A stretch of 64,000 nucleotides of DNA, taken from NCBI GenBank assembly GCA_041576165.1, contig JBFGLM010000023.1:13364-77363 (forward strand), in the 5' to 3' direction. Each line of letters begins with the position of its first letter. Within the stretch, counting starts at the first letter, position 1. Below are positions 49,813 through 59,102 of this stretch, piece after piece. The DNA is from Acidimicrobiia bacterium. GTDB lineage: Bacteria; Actinomycetota; Acidimicrobiia; Spongiisociales; Spongiisociaceae. The notes under the pieces are model-generated. The model had not been told where the DNA came from, did no database searches, and worked only from the letters and a program-made list of their open reading frames with translations. A program made the translations under genes and the position numbers.

Positions 49813-51101
49813 CTCGCCGCGCCAACCCCAAGGTCGAGCCCGAACGGGTGCGAGAACTGGAGCACGTCGTTGTCGACGACATGGACATCTCCGGTCACTG
49901 GAACCGGATGTTCGAGCAGCGAGTCATCTTCGACTACGACCCCCACCAGATCGACCGGGTAGCGGATCTGCCCGGCGGCGAGTCGATGGCTTGGTGCTAT
50001 CAGTGCGGCCAGTGTGTGGCGGTGTGTCCGGTCGACCATGTCGGCAGCTACGGACCGCGCAAGATCTACCGGGACCTGCAGGTGGGGATGGATCTGTTCA
50101 CCGACCCGCAGCTGTGGCTGTGCACGACGTGTGGCAACTGCCTCCGGGTCTGTCCCAAAGAGGTCGACTTCCTCCAGATCATGCCGGCAGTGCGCAAAGA
50201 AGCGGTCCTCGAAGGCGACGTCCCGGCCGAGCTTCAGGACGTATTCGAGAAGACCGCCCGGTACGGCAACCCGTTGGGCAAGAATCCCAAACGCCGGGCA
50301 GCCTGGACCAGGGGACTGGACGTCGAGGTCCCGGTGATCTCCGAAGTCGGGCGCAAGGTCGACGTGCTGTGGTGGGTCAGCGACTACCCGGCCTATCACC
50401 CGCGCGGCATCGACGCCTCCAAAGCGCTGGCCCGGGTCTTCACCCACCTCGGAATCGACTTCGCGATTCTCGGCGCAGAGGAGCGGCACGACGGCGACTC
50501 GATGCTGCGGGCCGGTGAGTCGGGCCTGTTCGAGATGCTGGCCGACCACAACATCGAGGTACTGAACCAGTACGAGTTCGACGTTCTGCTGACCACAGAC
50601 CCCCATGCCTACAACGCGTTCCTGCACGAGTATCCGGCCCGGGGCGGCACCTACAACGTCGTGCATTACTCGACATTCCTGGCCGACCGCCTGGACGAGA
50701 TGGGCCTCTCCGAGGACGTCACCCGCAAGATCACGTTCCACGACCCGTGCTACCTCGGCCGTCACAACGGCGAGTACGAAGCTCCCCGCCGGCTGATCGA
50801 AGCGTTGCCGGGCGGCGATTTCGTCGAGATGTGGAGGGTGCGGGAGAACGGTTACTGCTGTGGCGGCGGTGGAGGTGGCATGTGGCTCGACGGCCTCGCG
50901 GCGGAGCACCAGTCGATGCGGCTCTCGGAGAAGCGGGTGCTGGAAGCTATCGAGACCGGTGCCGACACGCTGTGCGTCGTGTGTCCCTACGAGGTATCCC
51001 GCTTCGAGGATGCCGTCAAGTCGACTAACAACGACGGGGCGCTGGAAGTCCTCGATGTTGCCGAGTTGCTGGCCGCGGCCCTGGGTTTGACGGACGAGTG
51101 A
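49809..51101 (+). CDS. shdrB3: Fused sHdrC2-B2 (sHdrB3 of type II sHdr)
   Basis: DISGHWNRMFEQR N-terminus, CYQCGQCVAVCP and CTTCGNCLRVCP, then CCG domains (HDPCYLGR, CCGGGGG). Confidence 0.82.
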   Translation: MTRRANPKVEPERVRELEHVVVDDMDISGHWNRMFEQRVIFDYDPHQIDRVADLPGGESMAWCYQCGQCVAVCPVDHVGSYGPRKIYRDLQVGMDLFTDPQLWLCTTCGNCLRVCPKEVDFLQIMPAVRKEAVLEGDVPAELQDVFEKTARYGNPLGKNPKRRAAWTRGLDVEVPVISEVGRKVDVLWWVSDYPAYHPRGIDASKALARVFTHLGIDFAILGAEERHDGDSMLRAGESGLFEMLADHNIEVLNQYEFDVLLTTDPHAYNAFLHEYPARGGTYNVVHYSTFLADRLDEMGLSEDVTRKITFHDPCYLGRHNGEYEAPRRLIEALPGGDFVEMWRVRENGYCCGGGGGGMWLDGLAAEHQSMRLSEKRVLEAIETGADTLCVVCPYEVSRFEDAVKSTNNDGALEVLDVAELLAAALGLTDE

Positions 51102-51141
51102 CTGAATACACGCCGGGGCATAGAAGGAGGAGCAGCACAGG

Positions 51142-51912
51142 ATGGAAATAGCCGTCGTGTTACGGGCCGTGCCCGATCCAGTCGAAGAACTCGAGCTGAA
51201 TGACGACGCCACCGATCTGGACCGCGAGTTCTTGGGATTTGTGCTCAACGAATTCGACGACCACGCCCTGGAAGAAGCCCTCCTCATCAAGGAGGAGGTG
51301 GGCGGTTCGATCACCGTGTACGCCGCCGGCACCGCCGACGAAGTCGATCAGATGCTGCACACTGCAGTCGCCAAAGGCGCCGACAAAGCCGTCAAACTGG
51401 GCGACGACTTAGGGGCGCTCGATGCCCACGCCCAGGCCGAAATGTTGGTGGCGGCGATGGACGGGACGGCCTTCGACCTGGTCCTGTGTGGCGTGCAGGC
51501 GGCGGACGAACTGGACGGCCAGGTAGCCATGCTGATCGCCGCCCGGCTGGGCCGGCCCCACGCCTCGGTGGTTGTGTCGGCTGTTCCGACGGGCGACGGC
51601 CTCACCGTGACGAAAGAATTCTGGGGCGGCATCACCGCCGACTACAAGGTGGAGCTGCCCGCGGTTCTCGGCATCCAGGCCGCCCGCCAGGCTCCCCGCT
51701 ACGTGGCCGTGAGCCGGATCCGCCAGGCGCAGGAATCTGGGGCACTGGAGGAGCGCGACGTTGCGGCTCCCCAATCACCGGCCCGCGTCCGGATCACCGA
51801 GGTTCGCATCCCCGAATCGGGGGCGGGGGCCGAGATGATCGAAGGCGACGAAACCGCGGCGGCAGAGAAGATCCTCGAGCTGCTCAAGGCGGCCGGAGTG
51901 GGAGGTCTGTGA
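51142..51912 (+). CDS. etfB: Electron transfer flavoprotein beta subunit
   Basis: VPD, NEFD..ALEEAL, GAD.A, DLVLCG.QA.D...GQV, PRY motifs. Confidence 0.92.
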   Translation: MEIAVVLRAVPDPVEELELNDDATDLDREFLGFVLNEFDDHALEEALLIKEEVGGSITVYAAGTADEVDQMLHTAVAKGADKAVKLGDDLGALDAHAQAEMLVAAMDGTAFDLVLCGVQAADELDGQVAMLIAARLGRPHASVVVSAVPTGDGLTVTKEFWGGITADYKVELPAVLGIQAARQAPRYVAVSRIRQAQESGALEERDVAAPQSPARVRITEVRIPESGAGAEMIEGDETAAAEKILELLKAAGVGGL

Positions 51913-52868
51913 TGGGCAACGTTCTGGTCATCGCCGAACACCTCCAGGGCAACTTCACCGATGCCACGTACGAGGCGCTGGCGGTCGCCCGCACCGTGGC
52001 CGGCCAAACCGGTGGCACCGTCGAGGCGGCCCTGGTCGGCGCAGATGTCACAGGTCTGGCCGGCGAGCTGGGTGGCGCCGACCGAATTCTGGTCGCCGAC
52101 CACAGCGGCCTGGCGGAGTTCGTTCCCACCGCCCACGCGGCGGCCTTTGCCGAAATCGTGAACGAGACCGAGCCGCAAATCGTTCTGGTGCCGTACACGT
52201 CCACCGGCATGGACGTCGCCTCCCACCTCTCCGTCCAGTGCGACTACCCGCTGGTGTCGTACTGCCAGTCGGTCGACGCCGACGGCGGCCTGTCGGCCAC
52301 CACCCAGTTGTATGCCGGAAAGTTGGAGGCAGATGTCGAGGTCGCAGGTGAGAGAGCCGTTTTCGCCTTGCTGGCCGGCGCCGGTGATGCCGAGGCCGGT
52401 CGGACCGGGGGAGCCGGTGAGGTCGTCAAGGTCACCCTCACAGACCCTCCCGCTGCGATGAAACTGATCGGGCTCGCTCAGCCGGACGCAGGCGACATCG
52501 ACATCACCGCCCAGGACGTGTTGGTGGTGATCGGGCGCGGCATCGAGTCGGAGGACAACATCGCCGAGGCGGTGGAAGTGGCGGATGCCCTCGGGGGAGC
52601 CGTAGCCGCCTCCCGGCCTATTGTCGACCAGGGATGGCTGCCCAAGACCCGCCAGGTCGGCAAATCCGGCCTCACCGTGAAACCCAAGGTGTACCTGGCG
52701 CTGGGCGTCAGTGGAGCGCCGGAGCACATCGAGGGAATGCGAGACGCCTCGACCATCATCGCGGTCAACACCGACCCACGGGCTCCGATCTTCGGAGTGG
52801 CCCACTACGGCTGGGTCGGCGACCTGTTCGACCTGCTGCCCGAACTCGCCGACCTACTCGACAGCTGA
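51912..52868 (+). CDS. etfA: Electron transfer flavoprotein alpha subunit
   Basis: IGRGI, ASRP.VD.GW, QVGKSG.TVKPK.Y.A.GVSGA.EH..GM, IAVNTD..APIF. ATG overlaps the etfB stop. Confidence 0.93.
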   Translation: MGNVLVIAEHLQGNFTDATYEALAVARTVAGQTGGTVEAALVGADVTGLAGELGGADRILVADHSGLAEFVPTAHAAAFAEIVNETEPQIVLVPYTSTGMDVASHLSVQCDYPLVSYCQSVDADGGLSATTQLYAGKLEADVEVAGERAVFALLAGAGDAEAGRTGGAGEVVKVTLTDPPAAMKLIGLAQPDAGDIDITAQDVLVVIGRGIESEDNIAEAVEVADALGGAVAASRPIVDQGWLPKTRQVGKSGLTVKPKVYLALGVSGAPEHIEGMRDASTIIAVNTDPRAPIFGVAHYGWVGDLFDLLPELADLLDS

Positions 52869-52873
52869 CCGCC

Positions 52874-54970
52874 GTGCCCGCCCTGCTCGCCACCGCCGAG
52901 GGCCGGGAGGTTTTCGAAGGATTCGCGTCGTACGCGATAGTCCTCTTCTACCTGCTGTCGGCGGTAGCGATCGCTGCGTTCGTGTACGGTTTCTGGCGGC
53001 GATGGCGCAAATACAGCGGCGGCACCCCCGGCCGCCAGGTCACCCTCCGGCAGGTCTGGCGGGCGGTCGTCGACCTGGCATCGCAGCGCACCGTGGCCAA
53101 ACGCGACCCCTATGTCGGGGTCGCGCACTTCCTGGTCTTCTGGGGTTTCATCGTGCTGCTGATCGGCACGACGATCATCGCCATCGACGAAGACATCATC
53201 GGGCTGATACTCAACAAACCCGAATGGCAGTTCTGGAGCGGTGCGTTCTACGTCGCCTACGCCCTGATCCTCGACCTGTTCGGGATCGGATTCATCGTCG
53301 GCCTGCTCATGCTGGCCCGCCGCCGACGCAGCCGCCCGTTCAAACTGGACTACACCCGGGTCGACCGTGACGAAGGCCAGTACGACCGATCCGGCTACTC
53401 GCGCGACGACCGGGTGTTCCTCATCGTCCTGCTGTTCTTGGGCGTGAGCGGTTTCCTGCTCGAAGGTTTCCGCATTGCGGCCAACGACTTTCCCTCATTC
53501 GAGCGCGTTTCCTTTTCGGGATGGCTGATCGCGCTCGTGACCCAGGTCCTGGGCGAAGGCGGCAACGACCTGGCTCGGATGGTGACCTGGTGGGTGCATT
53601 CGGTGGCGGCGCTGGCGTTTGTCGCCTACATCCCGTTCTCGAAGGCGATGCACGCTGTCGTTGATGGGGCCGCGCTGCTGCTGGCCGATTCCGATTCGGC
53701 AAGGTCGCTGCCCGACGTCGTCGACAAATCGACCCCCGGTTACGCCGAGCTCGCCGCCTTCACGAAGAAGGAATTGCTGGACCAGGACGCCTGCACCAAA
53801 TGCGGTCGGTGCCACGACGTTTGCCCCGCAAGAGGATCCGGATCGCCGCTATCTCCCCGCGACCTGATTCTCGATCTGCGCGAGTTCGCCGACGCCAGCT
53901 CCCACATCCGCCTCTGGTACGGCCCCGGCGCCCAGCCCCAGCATGCAGACCAAACGGAGGTCGCCGGTGGTGTCATAGCCACCGATGTGCTCTGGGGCTG
54001 CACCACCTGTATGGCCTGCATGGAGGTGTGCCCGGTCGGCATCGAACATGTGCCGACCATCGTCCAGCTGCGCCGCCGGCTGGTGGACCTGGGTGACGTC
54101 GAACCGGGCTTGCAGACGGCCTTCCAGTCGCTGGCTCGGGGCGGCAACAGTTTCGGCAAGTCGGCCAGGCAGCGGGCCCGCTGGACCAGGGGCCTGGAGA
54201 TCACGATCAAGGACATCCGGAAGGAACCGGCCGAATATCTGTGGTTCGTGGGCGACCACGCGTCCTACGACCCGCGAGCAACCGAGGTGACGAGGATCGT
54301 CGCCGGCCTGCTCGACAAGTCCGGAGTCGATTTTGGCATCCTCTACGACGGTGAGCGGAACTCTGGCAACGACGTGCGCCGGGCCGGGGAAGAGGGTCTG
54401 TTCGAGATGCTGCGCGACCACAACCGGGAGCTGCTGGGTGCCGCCCAATACGAGAAGATCTTCACGACCGATCCGCACTCCCTCAACACACTCCGCCACG
54501 AGTACAACATCTCTGCCCCGGTTACGCACTACACCGAAGTCCTGGTCGATTTGGCCGACACCGGCCGGCTGGCCGTGGGCGGACTCGCCGGCCGGGCCAC
54601 CTATCACGACCCGTGCTATCTGGGCCGCTATGCCGAGGAGTACGACGCGCCGCGGCGGCTGATCGAGGCGACGGGGCTGGAATTGGTCGAAATGCCACGC
54701 TCGCGGGCGAATAGCTATTGCTGCGGCGCCGGCGGCGGGCGGATATGGATGGACGACTCGTCGCTCGACGAAAGGCCGTCGGAGAGCCGCATCCGGGAGG
54801 CAGTCGGGTTGAGAGACGACGTCCGCTTTTTTGTCGTATCGTGCCCCAAGGACATGATCATGTACTCCGACGCGGTCAAGACGACCGGGAACGAGGACCG
54901 GCTGGAAGTAGTCGACATCGCGCAACTGCTGGAGCGGGCGGTAGCCACCGAGGAGGCACCCGTTGGGTGA
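52874..54970 (+). CDS. emo: Membrane Fe-S oxidoreductase, Etf:(mena)quinone oxidoreductase (EMO/FadF/HdrF-like)
   Basis: N-terminal TM domain with His residues (VAHFL, WWVHS, KAMH), CTKCGRCHDVCP and CTTCMACMEVCP, C-terminal CCG domains. GTG start. Confidence 0.85.
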   Translation: MPALLATAEGREVFEGFASYAIVLFYLLSAVAIAAFVYGFWRRWRKYSGGTPGRQVTLRQVWRAVVDLASQRTVAKRDPYVGVAHFLVFWGFIVLLIGTTIIAIDEDIIGLILNKPEWQFWSGAFYVAYALILDLFGIGFIVGLLMLARRRRSRPFKLDYTRVDRDEGQYDRSGYSRDDRVFLIVLLFLGVSGFLLEGFRIAANDFPSFERVSFSGWLIALVTQVLGEGGNDLARMVTWWVHSVAALAFVAYIPFSKAMHAVVDGAALLLADSDSARSLPDVVDKSTPGYAELAAFTKKELLDQDACTKCGRCHDVCPARGSGSPLSPRDLILDLREFADASSHIRLWYGPGAQPQHADQTEVAGGVIATDVLWGCTTCMACMEVCPVGIEHVPTIVQLRRRLVDLGDVEPGLQTAFQSLARGGNSFGKSARQRARWTRGLEITIKDIRKEPAEYLWFVGDHASYDPRATEVTRIVAGLLDKSGVDFGILYDGERNSGNDVRRAGEEGLFEMLRDHNRELLGAAQYEKIFTTDPHSLNTLRHEYNISAPVTHYTEVLVDLADTGRLAVGGLAGRATYHDPCYLGRYAEEYDAPRRLIEATGLELVEMPRSRANSYCCGAGGGRIWMDDSSLDERPSESRIREAVGLRDDVRFFVVSCPKDMIMYSDAVKTTGNEDRLEVVDIAQLLERAVATEEAPVG

Positions 54971-55466
54971 ATCGGTCCCGGTCTCGATCGGTCGCCAGGA
55001 GCCTCCCGCGCGGTCGGACGTCACCGAAGTCACCGCCCCGGGTGCCGCCATCGGCCACGCCGCAGCCGCCATGCTGGGCCACCTGGCGGCGGTGCTGGAC
55101 CGGGAAGACCGGCTGGAATCAGGATCGGGTGAATGGCTGGCCGGGTTCGCGGCGGACTCAGAAGCCGGACGGGCAGCCGTGCTACAGAGCGTGCTCCGGG
55201 CGCTGGGACTGGCAAGCGATCCGACCAACTTCGCCATCCTCACGGTGCTGGCGGGCGGAAACCCGCAGCGAATGGACCAGCTCGTAGCAGCTACCGGATT
55301 GACCGAGCTGAGCGTGGCCGAACGGGTATCCGACCTCGTGTCAGCCGGGCTCGCCACCAAGCTGCCGAGCGCGAATCAGGTGGTTGGTACCCAGGCGGGG
55401 GCTGCGATCGTGGCGCTGGTGACTGAAGCGGTGGAGGCCGGCGCCCGTGAGCTGGGCGCCAGATGA
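54963..55466 (+). CDS. Hypothetical protein with a C-terminal ArsR-like winged helix
   Basis: ASDPTNFAILTVL...QLVAATGLTELSVAERVSDLVSAGL; overlaps both neighbours. Confidence 0.62.
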   Translation: MGESVPVSIGRQEPPARSDVTEVTAPGAAIGHAAAAMLGHLAAVLDREDRLESGSGEWLAGFAADSEAGRAAVLQSVLRALGLASDPTNFAILTVLAGGNPQRMDQLVAATGLTELSVAERVSDLVSAGLATKLPSANQVVGTQAGAAIVALVTEAVEAGARELGAR

Positions 55467-55750
55467 TGCGCTGCCCATTCTGCGAGATGTCCGGACCCAG
55501 ACCGGAACTGCACGCCCACCTCACCGACACGCACGCCGACCAGGTCCAGACCTGGGAGTCGGGCAGCGGCCGGCGGTTCTACGAGCTCCAGTGCCCCAAC
55601 TGCGATGACTCCTACCGCCGGGAGGTCAAGCCGCGGCTGCGCGACCCCGGGTTTCTCGACGAGTACAGCCGGGAGATCCGGGTCGTGGCCTTCGACATGT
55701 TTCTGTATCACCTAGCCGCCGCACACGAGGAGGAAGAAGCAGGTGCCTGA
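55463..55750 (+). CDS. Small Cys/His zinc-finger-like protein, possibly sHdrI
   Basis: CPFC..LHAHL...H, CPNC, FDMFLYHL...H; immediately upstream of lbpA. Confidence 0.65.
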   Translation: MMRCPFCEMSGPRPELHAHLTDTHADQVQTWESGSGRRFYELQCPNCDDSYRREVKPRLRDPGFLDEYSREIRVVAFDMFLYHLAAAHEEEEAGA

Positions 55751-56186
55751 GGTTCGTGGCTGTCAGATCCCCGATGACCTGTTGTACTGGCCCGAGAAAC
55801 ATGTGTGGGCCCGGTTGAACGATGATGGATCCGTGACTGTGGGTGTGACCGACGTCGCCCAGAACCTGGCGCACAACATCATCTCGGCGATGCCCAAGGC
55901 GGCCGGCCGGGGCACCAAGAAAGGACGCAGTCTCGGCACCATCGAGAGCAGCAAATGGGTGGGGCCGGTCACGTCCCCTCTCACTGGGGAGATCTCCGAG
56001 ACAAACCCGGCGCTCGCCACCGACCCGGGGATCATCAATCGTGACCCCTACGGCGAAGGGTGGTTTGTCAAGCTCCAGCCGTCGGAGTGGGAGACCGAAG
56101 GCTCCGAGTTGGTCACCGGCGCCGACGGGGTCGCCGCGTACGAAACGTTTCTCGAGGCAGAAGGGATCAGCTGCGGCGAGGAATGA
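55743..56186 (+). CDS. lbpA: Lipoate-binding protein LbpA (GcvH-like), copy 1
   Basis: TIESSKWVGP lipoyl-Lys motif, INRDPYGEGW, and terminal Cys residues (GCQIP; ISC). Confidence 0.88.
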   Translation: MPEVRGCQIPDDLLYWPEKHVWARLNDDGSVTVGVTDVAQNLAHNIISAMPKAAGRGTKKGRSLGTIESSKWVGPVTSPLTGEISETNPALATDPGIINRDPYGEGWFVKLQPSEWETEGSELVTGADGVAAYETFLEAEGISCGEE

Positions 56187-56638
56187 GCATGCAGGTCTAC
56201 CACGGCTGCCACGTCCCCGACGACCGCCTCTATGACATAGAAGGCGATCTGTGGGTCCGCCTGGAGGGGGACCTAGCGCGCCTGGGGATGACCGACATCG
56301 CCCAGACCCGGATGGGGAAGATGGTCTCGATTCACTTCAAACGACCGGGCCGCAAGGTCAAGCCCGGTGGATCGGTCGCCACAGTCGAAAGCTCGAAATG
56401 GGTCGGACCCATCCACACTCCATTCGGTGGCGAAATCGTCGAACCGAACGAATCGGCTTTCGCGGCGGACATTCTGATCGCCAACCGCGATCCCTATGAG
56501 GTCGGCTGGATCACCATCATCCGCCCCGAAGACGTCACCCAGCCGCATCGACCCCTGCTCCGTGGCAACGACGCCTGGGAGGCGTACCGGGACCGGATCG
56601 ACGACCTCGAGATCAGGTGTTATCGATGCGCCGACTGA
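56183..56638 (+). CDS. lbpA: Lipoate-binding protein LbpA, copy 2
   Basis: TVESSKWVGP, NRDPYEVGW, N-terminal GCHVP and C-terminal CYRC. Confidence 0.88.
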   Translation: MSMQVYHGCHVPDDRLYDIEGDLWVRLEGDLARLGMTDIAQTRMGKMVSIHFKRPGRKVKPGGSVATVESSKWVGPIHTPFGGEIVEPNESAFAADILIANRDPYEVGWITIIRPEDVTQPHRPLLRGNDAWEAYRDRIDDLEIRCYRCAD

Positions 56639-57645
56639 GGGAACTACGGGTGATCGATTTCGGCGCGGTTTCACCGCTCCGGAGCCAGACGCTGTGGCAC
56701 GCCATTGCCCGGGGCGTCTCTCACGGGGCTCCACCGACGCTGTCCTTCATGCGGCCGCAGCTGCCCTACGTGTCGATCGGCTTCCACCGACACATCGAAG
56801 AGGTCGACCGCGCCTGGTGCAGGGCACAGGCGCTGCCCGTGTTCCGGCGCATGGTCGGTGGCGGGCCGGTGTACCTCGACGACGGCCAGTACTTCTTTCA
56901 GCTGACAGTCCCGGCCGCGCAGGCTCCGGCCATACGGGCCCGGGCAGTTGGGATGATGCTGGCGCCCGCGGTCGAGGCGTTTCGGGCGGCGGGGGTGGTC
57001 GACGCAGCACTCGACGGCCGCAACGAGGTGGTGGTGGGGGACCAGAAGATATGCGGGCACGGCGCCGGGCAAATCGACGAGGCGGTCATCGTGGTCGGGA
57101 ACCTGATCACCCGCTTCGACCACCGGTCCGCCGCCCGCGTGCTGGCGGCACCCGACCGCTGCGCAAGAGCCGAACTCGAATACATGATGCGCCGCTACGT
57201 ACGGCCCACCCGGATTGCGAACGACCACTTCCAGGAGGCGGCCGTCTCGGCCTACGCCGCATCCTTGGACGCCACCCCGCACCAGGGCGAGCTCGGCACG
57301 GTAGAGATCGAGCGACTGGCCGAACTCGACGCCCGATTCGTGACCGAGACCTGGATCAGTGACTCTCCGCCGCGCCGGTCCGAGCCGTGGACCGTCAAGA
57401 TCAAGTCCGGCATATGGGTGGCATCGGAACATGACGCGCGCACCCGGGTCACGCTCAGTGCGGTGGAAGGCCGGGTGTTCCGAATACGGATCGACGACGC
57501 CCGCCTCAACGGTCGGGCCGAGCGGCTTGAACAGGGGTTCGTCGGCGTGCCGGTGGGGAAACTGCGCGAGTGGGGCCGTGCGCTGGCGGTCCCGGAGAAT
57601 GTTCCCGATCTACTGTCACGACTGGAAGGATCCACACCACGATGA
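56626..57645 (+). CDS. Lipoate:protein ligase of sulfur oxidizers, sLpl(AB)-like
   Basis: LRSQ..WHA, PYVSIGFH, RRMVGGGPVYLD..Q, NEV....KICG.G, plus a C-terminal accessory domain (VKIKSG). Confidence 0.85.
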   Translation: MRRLRELRVIDFGAVSPLRSQTLWHAIARGVSHGAPPTLSFMRPQLPYVSIGFHRHIEEVDRAWCRAQALPVFRRMVGGGPVYLDDGQYFFQLTVPAAQAPAIRARAVGMMLAPAVEAFRAAGVVDAALDGRNEVVVGDQKICGHGAGQIDEAVIVVGNLITRFDHRSAARVLAAPDRCARAELEYMMRRYVRPTRIANDHFQEAAVSAYAASLDATPHQGELGTVEIERLAELDARFVTETWISDSPPRRSEPWTVKIKSGIWVASEHDARTRVTLSAVEGRVFRIRIDDARLNGRAERLEQGFVGVPVGKLREWGRALAVPENVPDLLSRLEGSTPR

Positions 57646-58112
57646 CAGACAGCCAACTGATGATCGAAGTTGTCTCCGGATTCCCGGTCCACATCGGATA
57701 CGGCTACGACCTGACCAATCACATGTGGGTCGACACGTTCGCTAACGGCAAGCTGCGGATCGGCATGGACGCACTGGGCTTGGAGACGTCGGGCACGCTG
57801 GCCCAGCTCGTGTTCCACGATCAAGGAGCCGATATCAAACGGGGCGCACCGTTCGGAACGCTCGAGGCGGAGAAGTTCGTCGGACCGCTGGTTGCGCCGG
57901 TATCGGGTCGCGTGATTGCTACGAACACCTCGGCTATGACCAACCCGGGCATCGTCCAGGCCGACCCATACGGCGGCGGGTGGATGATCGATGTCGAGCC
58001 GTCCGACCTCGAGACAGAGATGGCGATGCTGATTAAGGGGCGCGACGCCATCGTCCCGGCTTTCGAGCAGAAGGTGAAGCAGTACCGCCTCGAAGGGGTG
58101 CTGGCGGAATGA
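57642..58112 (+). CDS. Third GcvH/LbpA-like lipoyl carrier, cysteine-free
   Basis: HMWV, RIGMD, FGTLEAEKFVGP..APVSG, DPYGGGW; no Cys from ATG 57642 to the stop. Confidence 0.85.
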   Translation: MTDSQLMIEVVSGFPVHIGYGYDLTNHMWVDTFANGKLRIGMDALGLETSGTLAQLVFHDQGADIKRGAPFGTLEAEKFVGPLVAPVSGRVIATNTSAMTNPGIVQADPYGGGWMIDVEPSDLETEMAMLIKGRDAIVPAFEQKVKQYRLEGVLAE

Positions 58113-59092
58113 CGGTCGGCGCCGATCAAACCGCGGGGTTCTCGATCCGTCAGGCGAACTTCGACGGGGTCATGGAGTTCTTTGCCCCGGGGCTCAAGCG
58201 GTGGGAAACCGCCGAATGGAAGCCGGCCAGCCCGCGCCGTTTCTTGCCCATCTCGGTGACGGGTGGGGCGTGTGCGCTCCAGTGTGATCACTGTCAGGCC
58301 AAGGTCCTCAAGGGCATGGTGTCGGTCAAAGCGGGGGAGAACCTCTACGAGTTGGCCGAACGGATGAGGTCGCAGGGAACCGACGGCATTCTCGTCTCGG
58401 GTGGGTCCACCAAGAGCGGGGGAGTGCCGCTGCTGTTCCACCTCGACCACATCGCCCGCGTCAGGGAAGAGCTGGGCATGAAGGTGGTGGTCCACTCCGG
58501 CGTGGTCTCGCCGCCGATCGCGGAGGGTCTGGCCGAGGTGGGCGTCGACGGTGTGATGCTCGACATCATCGGGTCCGACGACACGATCCACGACGTCTAC
58601 CACCTGGACCTGACGACCGCCGATTTCGAGGAGTCGTTGCGGCTGCTGGCGGAGCACGACCTGCGGATCATTCCCCACATCGTGTTGGGCATGCATTACG
58701 GGGAATTCCGCGGGGAGCATTACGCCTTGGAGATGATTGGCCGCTATCCGGTCTCGACCCTGATCATCGTGATCCTGGTTCCGCTGGTGGGCACACCCAT
58801 GGAACACATTCCGCCGCCGCCGCTCGACCAATGCGTCGGTTTCTTCGAAACGGCCCGCCACGCGCTGCCCGACACGAAGATCAACCTGGGGTGTGGTCGC
58901 CCGATGGGGGAGATGAAGAAGGACCTCGATTGGGCCGCCATCGACTATGGGCTGAACGGGATTGCCTACCCGGCCGACGGCGCCATCGCCTACGCCGAGT
59001 CACGAGGTCTGCGGCCGGAACTCTACGAATACTGCTGTTCGCTGACCTGGGTCGGTGATGGGGCCAGCTACCAATCCGTGCAGATCGGCTGA
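58109..59092 (+). CDS. lipS1: Radical SAM lipoyl synthase LipS1-like
   Basis: ISVTG..CALQCDHC, LVSGGS...GGVPL, PHIV.G, LGCGRP, C-terminal YCCS. Assignment of S1 versus S2 is from recalled motifs. Confidence 0.8.
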   Translation: MTVGADQTAGFSIRQANFDGVMEFFAPGLKRWETAEWKPASPRRFLPISVTGGACALQCDHCQAKVLKGMVSVKAGENLYELAERMRSQGTDGILVSGGSTKSGGVPLLFHLDHIARVREELGMKVVVHSGVVSPPIAEGLAEVGVDGVMLDIIGSDDTIHDVYHLDLTTADFEESLRLLAEHDLRIIPHIVLGMHYGEFRGEHYALEMIGRYPVSTLIIVILVPLVGTPMEHIPPPPLDQCVGFFETARHALPDTKINLGCGRPMGEMKKDLDWAAIDYGLNGIAYPADGAIAYAESRGLRPELYEYCCSLTWVGDGASYQSVQIG

Positions 59093-59102
59093 GGAGGCCC
59101 GG

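Noticed and set aside
46046-51101. Methanogen-type HdrABC or Flx-Hdr bifurcating complex
   Set aside because: HdrA is short, mvhD/flx genes are absent, and the tusA/dsrE/lbpA/lipS context points to sHdr.
49683-55360. Long antisense ORFs (549, 368 and 503 aa) and similar ones across the window
   Set aside because: High-GC shadow frames opposite well-supported genes, with no recognisable motifs.
55743-58112. Glycine cleavage system (three gcvH plus the GcvT-family gene at 11.7 kb)
   Set aside because: No gcvP; two carriers have LbpA signatures; the GcvT-domain protein is an FAD dehydrogenase fusion more than 40 kb away.
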